Below, one piece after another: positions 40,979 to 50,295 of a stretch of 64,000 nt of DNA. The position numbers and the translations under genes are program-made. The stretch comes from an archaeon (lineage in GTDB: Archaea > Asgardarchaeota > Thorarchaeia > Thorarchaeales > Thorarchaeaceae), in NCBI GenBank assembly GCA_024276825.1, contig JAJRWI010000037.1, positions 28,786-92,785 of the forward strand, given 5' to 3'. How positions within the stretch are numbered: position 1 is the stretch's first letter; every line of letters starts with the position of its first letter. Under the pieces are notes generated by a model. The model was given only the letters and a program-made list of their open reading frames with translations. It made no database searches and was not told where the DNA came from.

Positions 40979-41551
40979 ATGATCATCGACTATGGGAACC
41001 AAACAATTAACATCAAAATAGTGTTCTTTGGTCCTGCAATGAGTGGTAAGACTACTGCTATCAGATGGCTTTTTTCCACTTTTGATCAATCAGACAAGTT
41101 AACATCAATCGAAAATACTATAGGACGTACCATGTTTTGCGACTTTGGGACAATTCCGTTTCAATTGAATGAATCTTGGACTATTAATGCCCATGTATGG
41201 TCTGCCACTGGACAGGACTTTTATCGTTCAACTAGAGAAGTTGTACTAGTAGGTACTGATGGAATAATATTCATTGCCGACTCACAAGATCACCTGATTG
41301 ATGAGAACTTCTCAAGTTGGAACGAGCTAATGTCCATAATCGCTGAGTCAGACCGAGCTATTCCTGTTGTAGTCTGTTTGAACAAACAGGACCTTCCCAA
41401 TGTGATTGATGAATCAACTCTACGAGATCATCTTCAGATCCCAAATGCAATTCCTGTGTTTCGAAGCATTGCAAGGAATGGTGTAAATGTTCTCGAGGCG
41501 TTTCAATATTTGTTTCAAAATGCAATTCATACTGGTGTTCTAGCACATTAA
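40979..41551 (+). CDS. Small GTPase, MglA-like
   Basis: KIVFFGPAMSGKTT, RTMFCDF (compare MglA RTLFFDF), atypical G3 SATGQ, NKQD, SIA; GGAGG RBS before ATG 40979. Confidence 0.85.
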   Translation: MIIDYGNQTINIKIVFFGPAMSGKTTAIRWLFSTFDQSDKLTSIENTIGRTMFCDFGTIPFQLNESWTINAHVWSATGQDFYRSTREVVLVGTDGIIFIADSQDHLIDENFSSWNELMSIIAESDRAIPVVVCLNKQDLPNVIDESTLRDHLQIPNAIPVFRSIARNGVNVLEAFQYLFQNAIHTGVLAH

Positions 41552-41599
41552 TCATAACTCTTAGGTTCCGAATGACTTAAACGTCAATTATGTTGGTGC

Positions 41600-43330
41600 A
41601 TGGAATGTCATCCTAACTTTAGATACTATCAAACAAATCTTGGAGTACCTATATTGAGGTCTAGTGGAGAAAACACACGTTTCGTAATAGTCACTGGCGG
41701 AGTGCTGTCAGGCATTGGTAAAGGTGTGACTACCGCCTCACTTGCAAAGCTCTTTCAGTTTAGGGGCTATTCTATTAGAATTATTAAAATAGATCCTTAC
41801 CTGAACATAGACCCTGGAACACTCAATCCAATTGAACATGGTGAAGTATTCGTCACAGATCAGACATGGACGTTTCAACCAGTCAATGATTTCTCTTTTA
41901 GAATCTCAGAGATTGACTTAGACTTTGGCACTTATGAACGCTTTACTGGGATTGATGTTCATCCATCACAGAACATCACATCAGGACAGATATATACATC
42001 CGTCATTCTGGGCGAACGCAAGGGAAGCTTTCTAGGACGTACCGTTCAGATTATACCCCACGTCACGGATCAAATCAAGAGTAGAATATGGGATGTTGTG
42101 AACAAGCAACCAATCCCTGATGTGCTCCTTGTTGAGATAGGTGGCACTGTTGGCGATATCGAAGCAATGCCCTTCCTAGAAGCAGTACGTCAGTTGGCAA
42201 GAGAAGTAGGCAGGGACCGCATTGCATTTGTCCATGTGACATTAGTGCCATACATACATTCAGTTGGTGAGTTTAAGACAAAGCCCACCCAGCACAGTGT
42301 TCGTACACTACAAGGTCTCGGTCTTCAACCTGATATCATTGTTTGTAGGGCTGAAGCCGAACTCTCAAGATCTGCAAGAGATAAGATTGCCCTCTTTTGT
42401 AATGTCCCTGAGGAACGAGTAATATCGAATCCTGATATCTCTATCATTTACAAACTCCCCCTAAATTTTGAAAAACAGGGTCTTGGTGACGTCCTCATTA
42501 AGCATCTACATCTTGAACCCCACTCTCCTGAAACTGAGTCTTGGGCCAAGATTGTGGAGTCTTTCCAAGGGCATAATAAAACCCTGGTCATCGCCATGCC
42601 TGGCAAATATACATCACTTAGTGACTCGTACAAGAGCATCAATGATGCCCTAGCACATGCTTCTGCAGAAACCAAAACAAAAGTTCAGATTAAATGGATA
42701 GAAACTGAACAAAACTGCGATACTGAATGTCTCATAGACTATATGACTGATGTAGATGGTGTCCTCCTGACCCCTGGCTTTGGCGAACGCGGGGTTGAAG
42801 GAATGATTAATGCTGCAAGTATATCTATCGAACAAAGGATTCCATTCCTTGGTATTTGCTATGGTGGACAGCTTGGTACTGTGGCATTCGCTCGGTCAGT
42901 GATGCATTGGGAAGGAGCTCACTCAACAGAAGTTGACCCTCACACTCTTTATCCTGTTGTGGACCTATTAGATGAACAAAGAGCAATTGAGGACAAGGGT
43001 GGCACGATGAGACTTGGGGGGCAAGAAGTAAAAATCGTCGAGGGTACACGTTTACACTCAATATATGGGTCCTCCTTGGTGAGGGAACGGTTTAGGCACC
43101 GCTACCATCTAATTGCTCGGTATATTGATAGAATGAAAGAAAAGGGCCTAATAATATCCGCCTACGATGAGAGTGGGCATATCATAAATGCAGTTGAGCT
43201 GGAGAAGCACCCCTTCTGGATTGGTGTTCAGTACCACCCCGAATTCAACTCACGTCCAGGACAGGCTCATCCTCTTTACGTGGCCTTTCTAAGGGCCGCT
43301 ATGGAATACAAAAGGATGAGGGAGAATTAA
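41600..43330 (+). CDS. pyrG: CTP synthase
   Basis: GGVLSGIGKG, KIDPYLN, KTKPTQHSV, GICYG, QYHPEF. Confidence 0.96.
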   Translation: MECHPNFRYYQTNLGVPILRSSGENTRFVIVTGGVLSGIGKGVTTASLAKLFQFRGYSIRIIKIDPYLNIDPGTLNPIEHGEVFVTDQTWTFQPVNDFSFRISEIDLDFGTYERFTGIDVHPSQNITSGQIYTSVILGERKGSFLGRTVQIIPHVTDQIKSRIWDVVNKQPIPDVLLVEIGGTVGDIEAMPFLEAVRQLAREVGRDRIAFVHVTLVPYIHSVGEFKTKPTQHSVRTLQGLGLQPDIIVCRAEAELSRSARDKIALFCNVPEERVISNPDISIIYKLPLNFEKQGLGDVLIKHLHLEPHSPETESWAKIVESFQGHNKTLVIAMPGKYTSLSDSYKSINDALAHASAETKTKVQIKWIETEQNCDTECLIDYMTDVDGVLLTPGFGERGVEGMINAASISIEQRIPFLGICYGGQLGTVAFARSVMHWEGAHSTEVDPHTLYPVVDLLDEQRAIEDKGGTMRLGGQEVKIVEGTRLHSIYGSSLVRERFRHRYHLIARYIDRMKEKGLIISAYDESGHIINAVELEKHPFWIGVQYHPEFNSRPGQAHPLYVAFLRAAMEYKRMREN

Positions 43331-43331
43331 T

Positions 43332-44489
43332 TTGGACCATAACCTTGACAGAATGCTGTTTCAACTCGTTGAAGAGATTAAACGCATCGAGAGCATTAGA
43401 ACCAAATTTGGTCAGGTGATGAGATCAATCAAGCCCGATATTGATCTGGGCCGATATCCCTCAATCTCTTCAAGCCTTCTTGAAACCGCATTCACCACAA
43501 CCGTTTCCCCCACCTCCCTCTCAGGACTCATTACTGCTGGTGTTGATGGGGGACTGGTAAAAAAGCGTCTTAAATCAATGGACCTAATCTTGACTCGTGG
43601 TATCTCTGTTGTGTTTCGATTCGGGACCGGTGAGGGCCCAGATGTTGAGTTCGTTCCTAACCCCTTTCCCGAACCAATAATCAAACCAGTCATGCAATCG
43701 TTGTCCAGTGTTGAGTTAGACCAGCTGGCCTCTCTTGAACGGATATCCACAGAGATTCAAGTCACATTGAACCTCTTGAAGGAATTCCATATTGACATTA
43801 TTCTTATCGATGGAAGCCTAATTCATCATCCCCGAGACCGCCCTTCCACAGCTTCGCCCGTGTATGAAAAATATCAGGAAACCCTTGCTCTCTATAGGCA
43901 GCTCTATCACAAGGTGAAAAAGAGTCGTTCGACACTTGTAGGTGTTGTGAAAGACAGTCGGTCTACTCGCTTAGTAAACATGCTTGGTGAGATACTCCCT
44001 CATATCATCCGAAAACCCGAAGTATTCGAGAAAATTCAAGGTGTTGACTATCGGTGGCTGCTAAAGATATCAAAAGACAGTGACTTATTGGATACTTTTC
44101 TTGATGAGGGTGAGCGAACTTTCGCCTTTAGAATGTCCTATGAACTGGGGGACAACACCTCCCTTCCAGATGATATTAAAAATTGGGCCTCTCGGATTTG
44201 GATCACATATTTGAAGACCGCTCGTGAAGACTCGCCCATTAGAATCGAGGTGCTTGGTAAGGAAGGGGTTGATCCAGTCGCCCACATTAACAAAACTCTA
44301 TCTGCAATACTCCCCCTCTCCTATCACCACCCAGAATATGGGTTACCCTCCCCTATTGTGGAGGCAGATGCCCGTGCTCGTATCACTAATCACGAAGCGC
44401 GACTTGTTATCGACCGTCTACTCGCTCTATCTGGTCTGTCTTACTCTCTCATAGAGCAACGCAGATCACGAAACCCATTTGGAGGTTGA
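43332..44489 (+). CDS. nurA: NurA nuclease
   Basis: GVDGG, IDGS, GVVKDS, YG.P...EAD..A; precedes herA. Confidence 0.85.
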   Translation: MDHNLDRMLFQLVEEIKRIESIRTKFGQVMRSIKPDIDLGRYPSISSSLLETAFTTTVSPTSLSGLITAGVDGGLVKKRLKSMDLILTRGISVVFRFGTGEGPDVEFVPNPFPEPIIKPVMQSLSSVELDQLASLERISTEIQVTLNLLKEFHIDIILIDGSLIHHPRDRPSTASPVYEKYQETLALYRQLYHKVKKSRSTLVGVVKDSRSTRLVNMLGEILPHIIRKPEVFEKIQGVDYRWLLKISKDSDLLDTFLDEGERTFAFRMSYELGDNTSLPDDIKNWASRIWITYLKTAREDSPIRIEVLGKEGVDPVAHINKTLSAILPLSYHHPEYGLPSPIVEADARARITNHEARLVIDRLLALSGLSYSLIEQRRSRNPFGG

Positions 44490-45996
44490 TCAAATGGAAC
44501 CACCACATTTACGACTCGGAACTGTGATTTGTACTGATAATGGGCCCAATGTTCTTGAATTCTCGTTTGTCACTGATGACTCTGGAAGCGAGGTAATTGT
44601 TCGCAGGGGTCAGTTTGTTTCAGTCATTACAAAACATGGTACTATAATAGCCCGTGTTCAGAACCTCATTCGCACAAATAGATATTATCAACATGCTGAG
44701 GCCGTACGTGAATACCAGTCACGCGGCGAACCTCTACGCTCAATATTTCCAACAGACCGCTGGATGTATACAATTGCTGAAGCACGAGTGCTGGGTTTAT
44801 GGGCTGACAATCACACCACTCGTCCATACTTTGCAGTTTCACCAGGTGCGGTTGTCAGACCAGTTGATGATGAAACTCTATCATCATTTCTTGGCATAGA
44901 TAATCATGGCGGATTGAAGCTTGGGACTTTGGCACATCACGCTGTGGAATTCACTCCTAATCTGTCAGGTCTACTCTCAAAACATCTTGCAATTCTGGCT
45001 ATGAGTGGTGCAGGAAAGTCATATTTTGTTTCGGTACTATTGGAAGAATTGCTGTCCAGATCAAAGGAGTCTGGCCGCCTTGCTACAATCATTATTGACG
45101 TTCATGGTGAATATTCATATCTGAATGAAATTGACCCCCAGACTCTCGGAAAGGCCTCTGTAGAAATAGAACATGTGCGTGGTTCACATTATCAGATTGC
45201 CGTTGACTCATTGACCGTTGAGGGGCTTGCCTCGTTTGCAATTGAAATGAGCCCAGTTCAATTAAGGGATCTGAAACGAATTATATCTGGGCTCCGACAA
45301 GGATTTGATCATGGATACACCCTGAAAGACATAATCGAAGCAGTAAGAATGGATGAAACGATCAACAAGAACACAAGGGACGCTCTTATTGGTTGGATCA
45401 GTAATTTGGAAAGCACTAACCTCTTTGGAAAGGAGGCTACTCCGAAAATTGAGAACATGATCCGACCAGGCAAGTTGACAATAATCGATCTCAGTGATTT
45501 CATCTCACTCCGAAAGAAACAGATTATAGTTTCAAACCTAGCTCATGAACTACTCAGCAAAAGACGCTCGGGAAAGATCCCTCCCTTCCTATTGATTCTG
45601 GAGGAGGCGCATCAGTTTTGTCCCGAGAGTCGACAAGAACTGGCACTTCCAAAAGCAAGGATTGAAACAATTGCCAGGGAGGGCCGCAAGTTCTTTGCAC
45701 TTCTCTGTCTTATTTCACAACGCCCTGTGAAACTATCAACAACTGTATTGAGTCAATGTACTAATCAGGCAATCTTCAGATGCACCAACCCCTATGATCT
45801 CGAACACATTGGTCGTACAAGCGAGGGGATTGATAGGGCTGCGCTGGACGCAATAACAACTCTTGAAGTCGGAGAGGCCCTCTTCATTGGTGAGTGTGTG
45901 ACTGTACCAACGTTTGTCAAAATTCGTAAACGCCTTTATAATCCTCCCCATTCACAGACTGACCTGTTTGAAACAATCAAGAAATATGACAAATAA
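44479..45996 (+). CDS. herA: HerA helicase
   Basis: HAS barrel, HLAILAMSGAGKS, DVHGEY, EEAH, AREGRKF, SQRP. Confidence 0.9.
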   Translation: MEVDQMEPPHLRLGTVICTDNGPNVLEFSFVTDDSGSEVIVRRGQFVSVITKHGTIIARVQNLIRTNRYYQHAEAVREYQSRGEPLRSIFPTDRWMYTIAEARVLGLWADNHTTRPYFAVSPGAVVRPVDDETLSSFLGIDNHGGLKLGTLAHHAVEFTPNLSGLLSKHLAILAMSGAGKSYFVSVLLEELLSRSKESGRLATIIIDVHGEYSYLNEIDPQTLGKASVEIEHVRGSHYQIAVDSLTVEGLASFAIEMSPVQLRDLKRIISGLRQGFDHGYTLKDIIEAVRMDETINKNTRDALIGWISNLESTNLFGKEATPKIENMIRPGKLTIIDLSDFISLRKKQIIVSNLAHELLSKRRSGKIPPFLLILEEAHQFCPESRQELALPKARIETIAREGRKFFALLCLISQRPVKLSTTVLSQCTNQAIFRCTNPYDLEHIGRTSEGIDRAALDAITTLEVGEALFIGECVTVPTFVKIRKRLYNPPHSQTDLFETIKKYDK

Positions 45997-46229
45997 TGAA
46001 CCGTAAATTTCAGAAATGGAAAACTTGTCATGTCAGTCAGAATTTGAGTCATGGCAAAAAGACTTGGTGTTTCCACGTCTACCCTTGGAAGGTGAGAACG
46101 CAAGGGACTGTTCACCCCACTCTCAAGAAACCCGATGAGTGGTGACACTTGTGAGGAAGGGCTGAACGCATGGTCCCTGTTTAGACGAATTCATCTCTTG
46201 ATGACAAGTTTGGATAAGCTCAGGTCGTC
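45997..46229 (+). mobile_element. IS607-derived mini-element, copy A (~235-bp class)
   Basis: Encodes the remnant MAKRLGVSTSTLGR*ERKGLF; high visible identity to 55987-56230; ends CAGGTCGTC. Confidence 0.85.
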
Positions 46230-46241
46230 AATAAAGTTCAG

Positions 46242-46661
46242 TCATGTTGATGCAACATCTACCATCTGTCTTGGTGTGTTATCTATTGACACATCCCACT
46301 CAATCCCACTCGGATAGTTGAAATCTGGTAAACACCTACATCTAGCAATCCACTTCCAGCAGGGGGCGCCATTTACTCGTTCAAGTTGATATAGATTGGC
46401 TGTGGTCGCATTTATCTTGACCTCCAAAATGGTCCAATCTGGTAACGAGTCCAAGTCTGCGACTTCAAGGACCCATTTACCACTCTTTGCTTTTATTATG
46501 CGTGAAAGATAACATCTGAATGTCTTTCCATTTGCATCCTCAAGCAATACTGCCACATGGGGGCGCGAAATTGGATCCCACTGAATTGGTGTTGCTGGTC
46601 GTCTTACTAGCACATGGGTTTCAGCTTGATTCGAAATCTCATGTGATTTCCGGTGGGGCAT
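46242..46661 (-). CDS. Hypothetical protein
   Basis: 139-aa ORF filling the gap; no recognisable motif. Confidence 0.5.
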   Translation of the reverse strand: MPHRKSHEISNQAETHVLVRRPATPIQWDPISRPHVAVLLEDANGKTFRCYLSRIIKAKSGKWVLEVADLDSLPDWTILEVKINATTANLYQLERVNGAPCWKWIARCRCLPDFNYPSGIEWDVSIDNTPRQMVDVAST

Positions 46662-46851
46662 TTATATCTCCAATACTGTTTTACAAAAATGTGCATATAA
46701 GGAATGACCGTTCAAAGCAGGGGAAAAAACCCAAGCTAGACGCCCTCTAGGAGGAATATTTTAAGCATCTCGCCGAAGGCCTTAGTGAACATTACGCAAC
46801 ATGAATGATTAACTTGTACCATTCAAATCAAATCTTAACAATTGGCCATTT

Positions 46852-47169
46852 CTAATAGTCATTGTTTGCTTGACTTGGGTGTCCGATTACCAAAGGGCGC
46901 GCCTCGTATATTGACTGCACTAATTTCTTCCGGGCACTTACTAATAATCTCCATATAGTGCCTCGAGAAATTCCCATTATTCTACCTGCCTTCTCTTGGT
47001 ACATCCCCACAAGATCAACTAGTCGTAATGCTTCCAACTCTGCTTTGTCAATGAATATTGGGGTTTCACTACTAACTGGATCTGGTACCAGTCTGTCTGC
47101 CTTCGGGTGCTCACTAATTCTTGGTTGAATTGGCAGTCTCCCTCTACTGCCTCTTCTTCTTCGATGCAT
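46852..47169 (-). CDS. DUF134 (UPF0251) HTH DNA-binding protein
   Basis: ELEALRLVDL.G..QE.A...MGISRGT.WR....ARKK. Confidence 0.88.
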   Translation of the reverse strand: MHRRRRGSRGRLPIQPRISEHPKADRLVPDPVSSETPIFIDKAELEALRLVDLVGMYQEKAGRIMGISRGTIWRLLVSARKKLVQSIYEARPLVIGHPSQANNDY

Positions 47170-47241
47170 AATACTTCACCAATAATATACTGAATCTCCA
47201 TTAGTACTCTTGCAACAGTGCAATGATGGAATGACTTAAAT

Positions 47242-47257
47242 ATGTTCATATGCACAT
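47242..47257. promoter_or_regulatory. Imperfect palindrome ATGTTCATATGCACAT, candidate DUF134 operator
   Basis: Lies between the divergent DUF134 and DUF5320 genes; same ATG-N10-CAT geometry as 50186-50201. Confidence 0.5.
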
Positions 47258-47287
47258 TTTTAATAGTGTGCATAGACACAAAAAAAG

Positions 47288-47590
47288 GTGATAATAATGA
47301 GTTATGGATATGGTCGTGGGTGTGGTGCTAACAGACAGGGTGCATGGCCTGGCAATGGTCCTTTCAGACATCTTCCACCATGGGAAAGGCCTGGCTGGAT
47401 ATATGGCCCAGGATCATGCTGGACACTAGGACTTAGAGGTGTACCAGTGACAAGCACCCCATGGTTCTCACAGGTCACTGATATTGAAGTTCTCAAGAGC
47501 CAAAAAGATGCGCTTGAGAGCCAATTAAATTCACTGAAACAATCTATAGAACAGATTGAGAAACGGATTAAAGAACTAGAAACCAAATGA
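47288..47590 (+). CDS. DUF5320-like protein
   Basis: Gly/Arg/Pro-rich N-terminus (WPGNGPF..LPPWERPGW) plus a C-terminal coiled coil. Confidence 0.7.
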   Translation: MIIMSYGYGRGCGANRQGAWPGNGPFRHLPPWERPGWIYGPGSCWTLGLRGVPVTSTPWFSQVTDIEVLKSQKDALESQLNSLKQSIEQIEKRIKELETK

Positions 47591-47629
47591 TAATCTGCGG
47601 AATTACCATCATGAACATCAATAACACTT

Positions 47630-48490
47630 CTATTTGATGAGTTCCATAATCTGCTTCCACATGTCAATCAATAAACTTACTATCTGATGGTCTGCAGCGA
47701 ACTCGGGCAGAGTCTTCGCTGCAACCATTGACTCCGTCATCATGGGATCAAATGGGATTCTCCCTAGAATAGTAATACCTTTGTCCTCACTATATTGCTC
47801 TATCCGTCTAGTATTCTCTAGATTGAGATCATACTTGTTTATTATGACCGCTGCCTTCGTTCTAAATCTACTTAACAATGAAAAGACTCTCTCCATGTCA
47901 TGTATCCCTGACATCGTTGGCTCAGTGACAATTATGCCCAATTTTATCCCTGAAATGGTGGAAATTACTGGGCATCCAATACCTGGTGACCCATCAATTA
48001 GTACTAATTCTTTCTCATACTGCTTGGCCAGTCTGACTCCAAGACGCCTTACCTCGGTCACCAGTTTACCAGAGTTTCCCTCCCCTGGGAGTAGTTTAGC
48101 ATGTGCCATAGGTCCATATCTGGTCATTGACCTGTAGATATATCCCGAGAGTCTGTCATTCATCTCTATTGCATTAGCTGGGCATACCAACTGACAAACT
48201 CTGCACCCCTCACATGCTATCTGATCTATGACTGGTGGATGAGCAGAATCAAAACGGCAACTAGACTGACACAGTCCACACTCAGTACATAACTCTGGAT
48301 TTATTTCAGCAACCTTGGATCCATGAAATTCCCACTTGTTAACAACATCTGGATTGAGAATAATATGCAAATCAGGTGCGTCCACATCACAGTCTGCAAG
48401 GATTAAATCTCCAGAGATTGCAGCAAATGCGGTGGTGATAGTAGTCTTTCCAGTTCCCCCTTTACCACTTATGACAGCAATCTCAATCAA
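47630..48490 (-). CDS. MinD-superfamily ATPase with inserted 2x[4Fe-4S] ferredoxin
   Basis: SGKGGTGKT, DCDVDA, CxxCxxCxxxC twice, DGSPGIGCP, VTEPT. Confidence 0.88.
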   Translation of the reverse strand: MIEIAVISGKGGTGKTTITTAFAAISGDLILADCDVDAPDLHIILNPDVVNKWEFHGSKVAEINPELCTECGLCQSSCRFDSAHPPVIDQIACEGCRVCQLVCPANAIEMNDRLSGYIYRSMTRYGPMAHAKLLPGEGNSGKLVTEVRRLGVRLAKQYEKELVLIDGSPGIGCPVISTISGIKLGIIVTEPTMSGIHDMERVFSLLSRFRTKAAVIINKYDLNLENTRRIEQYSEDKGITILGRIPFDPMMTESMVAAKTLPEFAADHQIVSLLIDMWKQIMELIK

Positions 48491-49322
48491 TCACTTCTAC
48501 CTCCCTCTTTATCCTTGCTAATAAATCTTGAAACCTCTCTCTCCACTCTGGCAACTCCTCCACGAAAGGTGCTCCTCTTGAATATAACTCCGCAATTCTC
48601 TTGTCAAATGGGATTTCCATGACGATTGGAGCGTCTAACTCCTTACATCGAATCTTATAATCAAAACCCCCCAGTCCAGCCTTATTCACTATGACTCCAA
48701 AAGGAATTCCCAAAGGCCGTACAACATCAATTGCCATCGACAAATCATGAAATCCAAACGGCGTGGGTTCAGTGACAAGAAGTAGATAATCTGAGTTTTG
48801 AATGGTTTCGATTACAGGGCACGATGTCCCGGGAGATGCATCTATTATTGTGATGCCATTAGGATTAGCATACTTTTTCACTGCCTTGATAACTGATGTG
48901 GCAACAGGTTCACCAATATTCAGTTTACCATATACTAGTCTTATGTTGCCCTTATACCCCACATAGATTGTGCCCACCTCTCTCTCAATCTCATAGATTG
49001 CATTAGTGGGACATACCATTTTGCAGCCGCCACATGAGTGACATAACTGATCATAGATTATTACCTTCTTACCAATGAATATTGCATGGAACTCACAGAA
49101 CTCACTGCACTTTTTACAAAGAATACAGCTGTCCATATTTACTCTTGGAGTTGGCACAGTCACAGGTATCTGTTCATCAATGTCTGCACCCAACAATATA
49201 TGATCATTTGGTTCTTCTACATCACAGTCTAAGATGCTAACATTATCGAGAGCCAGCGCCAGATTGACTGCCACTGTGGTCTTACCTGTACCTCCCTTTC
49301 CAGATGCCACTGCTATCTTCAA
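48483..49322 (-). CDS. MinD-superfamily ATPase with inserted 2x[4Fe-4S] ferredoxin
   Basis: SGKGGTGKT, DCDVEEPN, CxxCxxCxxxC twice, VTEPTPFG. Confidence 0.88.
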   Translation of the reverse strand: MKIAVASGKGGTGKTTVAVNLALALDNVSILDCDVEEPNDHILLGADIDEQIPVTVPTPRVNMDSCILCKKCSEFCEFHAIFIGKKVIIYDQLCHSCGGCKMVCPTNAIYEIEREVGTIYVGYKGNIRLVYGKLNIGEPVATSVIKAVKKYANPNGITIIDASPGTSCPVIETIQNSDYLLLVTEPTPFGFHDLSMAIDVVRPLGIPFGVIVNKAGLGGFDYKIRCKELDAPIVMEIPFDKRIAELYSRGAPFVEELPEWRERFQDLLARIKREVEVID

Positions 49323-49345
49323 TATGACCCAACCCTTTCAAATAA

Positions 49346-49714
49346 TCACTTGTAGTGTGCGTCAATGCACCCCTCAGTCAGTTCTACAAGCACTCCTCGA
49401 TGAAATGCCTTTACCAAATGGTCTACAGAGTCACTGTTTGCTCTTAACACTGGAATTGACCTATTCTGAAAACCTGCAAGTCCTCTCGGACCCATTCCTG
49501 CTACAATCACAACATCTGGATTCAACTCCAAGATGATGCTATGTGCATGTCCTCTTCCACCTGTGTGCTCCCCTCGATTGGGTTGAACCTCCTTGTTAAC
49601 TACTTGGCCCTCATCACTTAACTCAATAATTGCAAAGTAACTGGCCCTGCCAAAATGCTGTGCAAGTCTGACTCCCTCGGGATCATCAACAGGAATCACT
49701 AGTCTTGGACTCAA
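49346..49714 (-). CDS. NifB/NifX-family protein
   Basis: HFGRA.YF, GMGPR. Confidence 0.8.
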   Translation of the reverse strand: MSPRLVIPVDDPEGVRLAQHFGRASYFAIIELSDEGQVVNKEVQPNRGEHTGGRGHAHSIILELNPDVVIVAGMGPRGLAGFQNRSIPVLRANSDSVDHLVKAFHRGVLVELTEGCIDAHYK

Positions 49715-50149
49715 TTACCACCCTCCTCCACGACCTCTGCCTCTTCCTCGGCCACCGCCTCTGCCGAATCCTCCTCCACGACCGCCCCCCATTCCAAGAT
49801 GAGATAACCCTGCACCTGCAATCTCCGTGAGCGTACCTTGCTTATACCTTTCAACCACTTCCTCCACAGTTCCTATGGTACTGGTCATGATTCTAATTCC
49901 CGCACTCTGAAGAGCTGGGTATGCGTTTGGTCCAACACTGCCTGTAATTACCACATTTACGCCATATGATGATACAGTCTGTGCGGCCCTGATTCCCGCG
50001 CCTCCCGCTGCACTTGCTGCATCGTTGGGAATTGCATCAAATTGCATCGTTTCGGGATCTACAATTACAAAATACTGACATCGTCCGAATCTGGGATCAA
50101 CCTGGGACTCCAATGTTGGTCCAGTAGATGTCACACATATCTTTGTCAA
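49715..50149 (-). CDS. NifB/NifX-family protein with Gly/Arg-rich tail
   Basis: DPRFGRCQYF, GGAGI.AAQ, VGPNA, tail GMGGGRGGGFGRGGGRGRG. Confidence 0.85.
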   Translation of the reverse strand: MTKICVTSTGPTLESQVDPRFGRCQYFVIVDPETMQFDAIPNDAASAAGGAGIRAAQTVSSYGVNVVITGSVGPNAYPALQSAGIRIMTSTIGTVEEVVERYKQGTLTEIAGAGLSHLGMGGGRGGGFGRGGGRGRGRGRGGGW

Positions 50150-50180
50150 TTCTCATTACCTCTCTATCTTTGACCAACTC

Positions 50181-50206
50181 TTTTTATGAATCATGATTCA
50201 TAAAAA
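50181..50206. promoter_or_regulatory. Perfect 26-bp palindrome upstream of the NifX/MinD operon
   Basis: TTTTTATGAATCA|TGATTCATAAAAA, overlapping the expected TATA region. Confidence 0.65.
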
Positions 50207-50295
50207 CTAATCGGTGCGCCCACACCTCTTCTAAAAAAATTTCCATAACTTTTTACATGACAATGTTGAACTAGTTTCATTCAAGAAAGTTCAAG

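Noticed and set aside
45936-46317. Similar short ORFs here and at 55960-56327 (VNSPLRSHLPRVDVETP; LNAWSLFR)
   Set aside because: The similarity comes from the DNA repeat (copies A and B); starts and stops are not conserved.
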